Shown in pieces: positions 50,801 through 59,800 of a stretch of 64,000 nt of DNA. Position numbers and translations under genes: made by a program. How positions within the stretch are numbered: position 1 is the first letter of the stretch; every line of letters starts with the position of its first letter. This DNA comes from Mytilus trossulus (taxonomy: Eukaryota). Location: contig NC_086374.1 in assembly GCF_036588685.1 (NCBI RefSeq), positions 67,518,001 through 67,582,000 on the forward strand, read 5' to 3'. The notes under the pieces were generated by a model. The model searched no databases. It saw only the letters and a list, made by a program, of their open reading frames with translations, and had not been told where the DNA came from.

Positions 50801-53800
50801 AAATTATCCAATGATATCAATTTTCTTAATTACACCATGTAGGATCTTTTGAGTGCTTGAACTGGCTGCTTGAACTACTGTTACAATGCCATAAATTATT
50901 CATTTTGTAGATAGCAGGTATTATTCTTGACAACTTCTCAAGAAAAAGAACAAAACACATATGGTTTACTATTTCTTCTGATCTAATTGTGGATGCACGA
51001 AGGTTTGTAGTCTTAACTCATTTTCATACTTTTGACTTTTAAGATTTAAATGTTGTGACAAGTTTTTTTGTAGACACAACAACACAACAAGTGTCTTCTG
51101 AATAACGTTATTATCTTTGATGATTTTTTTAAAACAACAAGGCCAATGCCACTTCTAATGAACATTTCCTCCCTGAGGGTATCACCAGTCCAGTAGTCAG
51201 AACTTCTATGTGGCCTTATATATCATTGATATGGTCATATTTATTAAACTTTGAATTGTTAGAGATTCTAAGGACTTTCTACTCCAGGAAAATATTACCT
51301 TAGCTATTATGGCAAAACTTGGGGAAATTTGGGTGTTCAATGCTCTCCAACTTCATATTTTATTTTGCCATAAGTTTTTTTTATAAAAGGAAACTGATGG
51401 GTCTTTTATAGACCAAACATGCACTGATAAACAAAAGTATATTATGTTTTATAAAGCCACAAATTTTGTGGATCTCATGACTATAAAGAATTTTATTGAA
51501 AAAAGATTTTACTTGAACATTTTTCAACATCATATATTGTAATTTGATTTTGCAAAGTTATTCCTTTATACAGCAGAAATTCAAATGTGACCAATTTGTG
51601 ACAATCTAGATGTTAATGCATAGATGCCAACCATTACGATTTTTCCGTAGTTTTTCCGATTTTGCATTAAAAACTATGCTATTACGGTCAAAGTCGAATA
51701 GTTACGGATTCCCAATCATTGCCGTTTAATTTTGTAAAACGCGGATTATTATCATTACTTTTCCGTCTTGGTCCGGTATTTAGAAAACGTCAATGTAATG
51801 CTTCCTGTTTCTCGGGAGCTATCAACCTACTTTTGGGTAACTTACTGACTTCGGAAGAAGCAAATTTGCATTTTATGAAGTAGCTTTCCCCCTTTCTCTA
51901 CTTCTCCTTTAGAAAACGAAAATGTACGAGTCAAAAACATCTGAACAATTAATGAATGGAATACATACTACAGACAACATGTTAAACGACAAATTTTAGT
52001 GCACATTATTTTCAACCACTCGTCAATAATTTTTATTGGGAAATGCACGTTTATGAATGATTACTGAAAACTTTTCAAAAATACAGAAAATTTGATAGTT
52101 TGTTACTGATTGTGTCAAAAAGGGTTGGCATCTATGTTAATGCCTTTATTATCTGAATACAGAGTTTTAACTAATTTTTTCAGAGATCTGACAGATTTAG
52201 GATGTCACATAAGAGTTATAGATGGGTGTCAAGAACTTGACAAGGAAACAAGGTAAGTCTCAGTGGTTTTCTTTTGTTGATGTGGTTTATAAGTGTTTTT
52301 CATATAACAGTTTTTCATATAAATTAGACTGTTGGTTTTCCTTTTTAAATGGTTTTACACATCATTTTTGGGACCTTTTTAGCTTGCTGGTCGGTGTGAG
52401 TCTAGTCTCCATGTTGAAGGCCATATTTTGACCTATAATTGTTAACTTTTTTATATGTTGTGACATGGATGGAGAGTTGTCCCATTGGCACTCAAAACCA
52501 CATTTTCTTATTTATATTAGATATTGCTGAGGTGAAGATAGATTGAAAAGTAAAGGCAAGAAACATTGTAGTGTGTGTTTGACTCGCATATCTGCCAACT
52601 TTTCAAAATGCCCATGGGGGTTTTACGTGCAAGATGACCGTCGTAGTCCTAAAAAACCTTCAAGGGGGCCTGCAAATAAATTTGAATGTTATTTTTTTGC
52701 TTCTCCATACTTTTATAAGTCTAAGTCATTGTAAAATTAATTGTTTTGTTTAAAATTGTGGACAAAACTGCTCTTTCAAAATTTCAATTTGGGAGCCTCC
52801 ATGGGGGAAATCCCCAACAAATAGTGACAGTTGGCAGGTATGGACTCACGTGATTTGACTCCTTCAATATGCAACACAAAAAATAAATCTAAGTCTATTG
52901 TTGGAAACCATTTTTCACCTGGTTTGGCAACAATTAATTTAATTAATTATTTTTAAGGGTTGGTAGGTGTTATCAATATGAAATAAGCATAGTGTAAAAA
53001 GTAAAATATTATAATGTTACAGGAATTGTTGTTAAATTATAATTTAAATTAGTTTTGTAGTGTTTGCCTTTAATTTGCTTAGTGATTAGAAATTAAGGAA
53101 TACTTGTACATGTTTTTACTGTATTCCTTATTTTATTACAGGGTTCTAGGTTTACCTGCTGATTTTAAAGAGGGAGTTGTGTTTAGTACTTATGCAACTT
53201 TAGTTTCTTCAGTACAGCGTGGAGGTATACATATTTACATGGAGTACATTTGTTTTTTTCTAACATCAACAGCTTTGTTTAAATGAAGATGAATGAAGCT
53301 TCATATGCCCCTGTGACTGTGAAAGAAGTTGCAATACACATAACCAAGGTGGGGACCTTGGTGGATAAGTGGTTTAAGTAGTTACTACTAGCCAGTCAAT
53401 CCTGAGGTTATGACTTTTGAACCCTGCTTGTTTGGGTGCACTTGACTAGGATTGTCAGTTTTCCTGTCTAAGGTCTCGGACTTCTTGCATTCCTACTGCC
53501 TTTAGCAATAAAATTGGTTACCATGACATAGCCCAAGTGCAGTGCTTAAAGTGGCGTTAAAAATTCATAATTTATTAGAATCATAACTCATAATCAAGGA
53601 TCAAGTTATATTTTGTAGTTCTGCAATAATACATATTTTAAATTTTAACATTTATTTTTCTTATTTTAAGAGTATTCAGTACATCTAGGCATAGTAGAAT
53701 ACATCAGATCTTTTGACATATTTAACATTAATGTATGTTATTTTAGGAGTATTCAGTACATCTAAACACAGTAGAATACATCAGATCTTTTGACATATTT

Positions 53801-56800
53801 AACTTCAATGTATCTTATTTTAGGAGTATTCAGTACATCTAAGCATAGTAGAATACAACAGCTTGTAAACTGGTGTGGTGGTGATAAATTCGACGGATGT
53901 CTTATATTTGATGAATGTCATAAGGCAAAGAACTTTGTTCCTGTGAGTAAGATATTATAAGTACTAATCTTTATAAACTAACTTTTTAACTCATTTTGCC
54001 TATTAAATGTTTTTATTTTGTAACTGTATACCAACTAATTTTTGCAGGCAATTTATTTCAGTGAATTTGGCGAGTAGAAAATAATGGGAATATAAATCCT
54101 CATGAATATATAAAATTTAGATCTTTTATTATCCAACTATATCCAGTAAATTTGTAAATTGTGAAATTAAATCGCTGCACATTGGGCTTGCAAGGGCTAA
54201 GCAAAATAAAGTATTTCTGAAAAAGAATATGGTTACAATATTTAAAAGATACCAGGCTTATAATTTTGTATGTCAGGCTCACTTCTTAAGCTCATCACTG
54301 ATGCTCAAATAAAAAAAAGTTAAAAAGGCCATATAAGTTTCAAATTTATGAGAATCAAGGACCTTAAATTCTGAAAGGTTTTGTCAAATTCAGCTAAGGT
54401 AATCTATTCCTGCGAAGAAAATCCTTAATTTTTCATACAAATGTCCATATTAATGATAATTCATGTCAACACAACTGCTGATTATTGGGCTGGTGATAAC
54501 CTCTTTGAGAGGAAACCTCCACCAGCCTCCACCAGCCTCCACCAGCAGTAGTATTGACTAGAATAGTTTTAAATATCTGCAACAAATTCATATCTGGATA
54601 TAGGAAGATGTGGTGTGAGTGCCAATGAGACAACTCTCCATCCAAATAACAATTTAAAAAGTAAACCATTATAGGTTAAAGTACGGCCTTCAACACGGAG
54701 CCTTGGCTCACACCGAACAACAAGCTATAAAGGGCCCCAAAATTACTAGTGTAAATCATTCAAACGGGAAAACCAACGGTCTAATCTATATAAACAAAAC
54801 AAGAAATGAGAAACACGTATATATAACATAAACAAACGACAACTACTGTACATCAGATTTCTGACTTAGGACAGGTGCAAACATTTGCAGCGGGATTAAA
54901 CGTTTTAATGGATCCAACCTTCTCCCTTTTTCTGAAACAATAGCATAACATCACAACATAGAAAAACACACGATAAAATATCAATTGGCAGACTTAACTC
55001 AATCAAAAAACGTATGATGATTATTATACTGGAATGTATTCTAGTATTTGAAAAAGATTTTCATGATGAAGTATAAATCCTCTACTAACCATATCAAGTT
55101 AGCAGACCTACCATGTATGATTGAGTTTAATCAAATTATTTTTTTATTTTTATGACAGGGTAAAGAACAGAACAGTACTAAAGTAGCTTTATCTGTAGCC
55201 ACTATACAGAGGTATGTGTTTACTCTAGATTGATGTATTTTATCATATGTTTACTTCATACTATGGTTTAATTTAATAGTTATATTTATGCAATTTATGC
55301 CATGTTAGTACACACCACTAAATTCAGCCAAAATTACTATATCTTCTCGGTGATGCATTAAAGAACTGACAATAGCATGTGGTTTTGCATTTTTAACTAA
55401 AAGTATTTCAACAGTGTAAATTTAATCTTTTTGCATGAAAGTCACTTGTCAACTTTGTCTGCATTTTATAAAGATTTCCTTTCTTTTTATAGGTTACTTC
55501 CTAAAGCCAGAGTATTATACTGTAGTGCTACTGGTGTCACAGATGTTAAAAATATGGTACTGTACTTAGTATATTAATAAAAGAATTGCACTAATGTTAG
55601 CCTGATAGCTTTTGTTCCTGCCATTTTTCTGAAATAACAAAAGTGCATAGAATTTCTAGTATGCAATATCTATAGATAACTGGCTGAAGGACTTAGAGAG
55701 AACTAAAAGAAGTCCTACACTTAACACAACAACTTGAATATGGAAACGAAACAAGAATTTCTTTTTTTTTCTTGTCACAAATTGTGATCTTGATCATAGA
55801 AATTTGTGAATGTCATTAAATAATTATAAGTTGATGTCCATTATGAATAAATAGAATTTAAAAAAATGTGTGATGAAGGATACAAAAATACAACCGCTAT
55901 AAAAAAAAAGATGGCTTTGTCATACTTCTCCAATGGTACCTTAAGCTATATTGAAATTGTCCAGCCTTTATTTCACGGGCTTAAAAAGATTAAGTAAAAC
56001 AATATTTTTTTTTATTAAATTCAGCTGTTTAACCAACAGAAAAATCATGTATATCAGTGGAGTAGAATTTTACTGAATGTTAATTTTTCTAAAGTTCCTG
56101 TAATGCCTGTTGTTAAAAAAATGTGTTTTAGGCATTTATGGAGAGACTTGGATTGTGGGGAGAGGGAGCACCATTTAAGACATTTGAAGGGTTCCTGGAC
56201 ACGGTACACAAGAAAGGTCTTGGTATGGCAGAGATGCTGGCGATGGAGATGAAGATGTCGGGAATGTATATCTCCAGAGGGCTGAGTTACAAGCAGGCAG
56301 AGGTAAATTTTCAGTCCAATGAAGAAAACAAAATTAATTTGAAAACTATGTAGATGTTGTGCATGGTTCACTGAATATAATTTTATAGTGTAATTAGGGC
56401 ATTGTGTCTATTCATGTTTTTGGTGAATCTACCTTAAAATGTACAATCACATTCTCCTTCATTATCACTGAACTAGTATATATTTGTTATGGGGCCAGCT
56501 GAAGGACGCCTCCGGGTGCAGGAATTTCTCACTACATTGAAGACCTGTTGGTGACCTTCTGCTGTTGTTTTTTTCTATGGTTGGGTTGTTGTCTCTTTGA
56601 CACATTCCCCATTTCCATTCTCAATGTTATTCTTACTTTATTTTTATTTAAGACATATTAAAACATTGGTTCTTTAGAACAGCTTTCAGGGGCTATACAC
56701 CAAAGATTGTGCCATTATATTTTTGACATATGACATGTTAAACCATTGGTTCTTTTGAACTGCTTGGTATTATTTGATATTAAGTAGAAAACTCTATAAT

Positions 56801-59800
56801 TAAACAAATAGTTGAAATGCTCATTATTAATGCTTGAAAGCTTTTAAGTGAAGCTCTGACTGTAGAAATAATCATACTTTTAATTCTTCATTATCTGTAT
56901 GCTTTTCCCAAAGGATTTTTTTTTTTTTTTTTATCATTTTGTGTAGTTTGTGACAATAGAAGCACCACTGACCACAGAACAGAAGAAGATGTTTGATGTG
57001 GCTGCCAAAGTATGGTAAGATAAACAATGAATCCATCATAAGATGTATGATGTAGTTGCCAAGGTATGGTAAGATAAACAATGAATCCATCATAAGATGT
57101 ATGATGTAGCTGCCAAAGTATGGCAAGATAAACAATGAATCCATCATAAGACGTATGATGTAGCTGCCAAAGTGTTGTAAGATAAACAATGACTCCATGT
57201 CAGATGCTTACAAACACATCATTAAGGAAAAGAAATCAATTTCTTGTGACTCAGACTAGGAGAGTAGATAACAAACACTGGCAGATCTTCATAAGTGGGG
57301 GCCCACTGATTGCCTAAGAGGGGGCCCGCTCCAGTCATGCTTCAGTGATTCCCTATATAAGCAGCCAAATTTTTTCCCTAAATCCTCCTCTGACAAATGT
57401 TTTAAATGCAGGGAAAATTTCTCTCTTTGTATTGCAAAATTTACTATTAAAAATGTGCTTTCACCAGTTCACCAGACTTAAATGTTAAATTTTGCACATT
57501 CACCGTCTAAAAATCAGAGACGTAATTTTTGGTCACAGGTTCTCATTTGATATGATGATAAAACTCAATGTAAATGTTATACCTCAGGGGTTAAGAAATT
57601 TTGTTATAGCTCACTAGCCCAGGGCTAATTGGTAGCAGGATTTTACTAGCCCTGTTGGAAGAACTATTAGCCCAACAAAACTGACCTGCTAGCCCAAGTA
57701 TGCCTCACAAATTCAGAGTTTGCTGCAAAATATAATGAATTCTATAAACTTAACCATTTTTATCCGTTGTACAGTAGATTTTAGCAAATTGGATACCCAA
57801 AACTTATGTCAGCAAAAAAAATATCCCATTAGCAGACACATTCAATTAGTCAATAATTGAATATTCATTGACTATTCTGTAATAATAAGTTGACCAAATC
57901 CCGATATGGTACAACTCTTGTCCACTGCTATAGTATATGGGTATTTAAAGGATTAGAGACTCCGAGTGATTTTTATCAGATACATCATCATGTTTGTGTA
58001 AAAGACCTCAAATATTTATGCAGTGGCGGATCTAGAATTTTTCATAAGTGGGGCCCACTGGCTGCCTAAGAGGGGGCCTGCTCCCGTCACTCTTCAGTGA
58101 TTCCCTATATAATCAACCAAATATTTTTCTCCACCCCCCTAAATCAGCCTCTGTTATGTGAATAAATATCACCAACCATAGTTGCGTCTTTTATAATTGT
58201 TTCATAAACGAAGTACAGTAATATCCATATTTACATTTATCACAGGTAAGCTAAATTTTTTGTTACTAGTCTGTTGGGCATATTGGGTTACAAGATTTGG
58301 TTGCCTGAGGCCAAAATGCTGTCGTCCCGGGCGTTGGGCTTGTTGATTTTTTAACCCCTGTACCTCTGCACCTCCTTTCAAAAGGAAGGAAGTGATAGTG
58401 GTTTACCTGTGTTCACCTGTCCTCTACACACATCTGTCATATACCGTATAGCGGGTCATTTTCGTGGGTGTAAAATTTCACGATTAAAAATTATATCAAT
58501 ACCTTTGCATGTGCTGTTTTAAATTGGTGGAATTTATTTTAGCGATTTTGTTCTATCCGCAAAAAAAAGGGGAAAATTTACATCCCACATAAATAAACCG
58601 CTATACACGGTATTTGTCAGCAACCACAGTTGCTGAGTGGTCTAAGTAGATCAGCTACTGTAATCACCAGCCAGTCAACCCTGCTTGTAATGGTGCCCTT
58701 AAATTGTGAACAAGCACTTTAAAAATCTATCTAACAGTGCAATCTTGTCTCACTACCAAATGTCAGTGTCTTCCTCCACGAAAAACTTACCCTAACAAAA
58801 TAGAACAATAGTGTATTGTTTGGTGTTCAACACTAATCAGTCAGTAACCACAAGTCATAGCTCCTTGATATATATATGGTAACAAACATACACAAACATC
58901 ATATATTGTGAGGTTTTTCCAGTTTTACAATGTTTTTATATCACTGTTTGCTTAAATCTTATATTGTGAAAATGCCATGGACAGATATGAAATTTTGTCA
59001 CTTTTTTTCTTAGCATCTACAAATAATGGAATGTTGATATATGGCACTAAGCTTTACCTGGATATGCCATATCATGTGGAACAATAACAGTTCCTTTGAT
59101 GTTCTTCATTTTGTTTTTTAAAAATCTAGAGCATAAAAATTACTACATTTTTTTTTTTATAGGAATGAATTAAGGAAGGCTCTAGAGAGTCCAAGTAAAA
59201 GATGTTATAGTAGTAACAATATAGATACTACAATGTTTTATCTTTACAGGAATGAATTAAGGAAGGCTCTAGAGAGTCCAAGTAGAAGATATTATAGTAG
59301 TAACAATATAGATACTACAATGTTTTATCTTTACAGGAATGAATTAAGGAAGGCTCTAGAGAGTCCAAGTAGAAGATGTTATAGTAGTAACAATATAGAT
59401 ACTACAATGTTTTATCTTTACAGGAATGAATTAAGGAAGGCTCTAGAGAGTTCAAGTAGAAGATGTTATAGTTGTAACAATATAGATACTTTTATCTTTA
59501 CAGGACAGAATTAAAGAAGGCTTTAGAAAGTGCCAGTAGAAGGTGCAACAGTAGCAACAATCGACTTTGGGGCCAGTATTGGTCAGCCCATCAAAGGTTT
59601 TTTAAACAACTTTGGTAAGTGTACTTTATTGTATGTAAACACAAGTTCATATATTTAGTTGAAGAACACTGTGATTTTTTTAAGTAACTTTGATTGGAAC
59701 ATTAAACTGCCTTCTAAAGAAGTCTTGTGGTAGCATGTTTGCCTGAAGTGCAGGAGTTCATGTGTTTTAACCGTGGCTGGATTAAATGAAAAACTTTAAA

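Noticed and set aside
56872-57198. 108-aa minus-strand repetitive ORF
   Set aside because: Antisense translation of the 54-bp array.
59233-59514. 93-aa repetitive ORF as an independent gene or a set of mutually exclusive exons
   Set aside because: It is read-through of the 87-bp array; the units lack convincing donor sites and contain only half of the exon.
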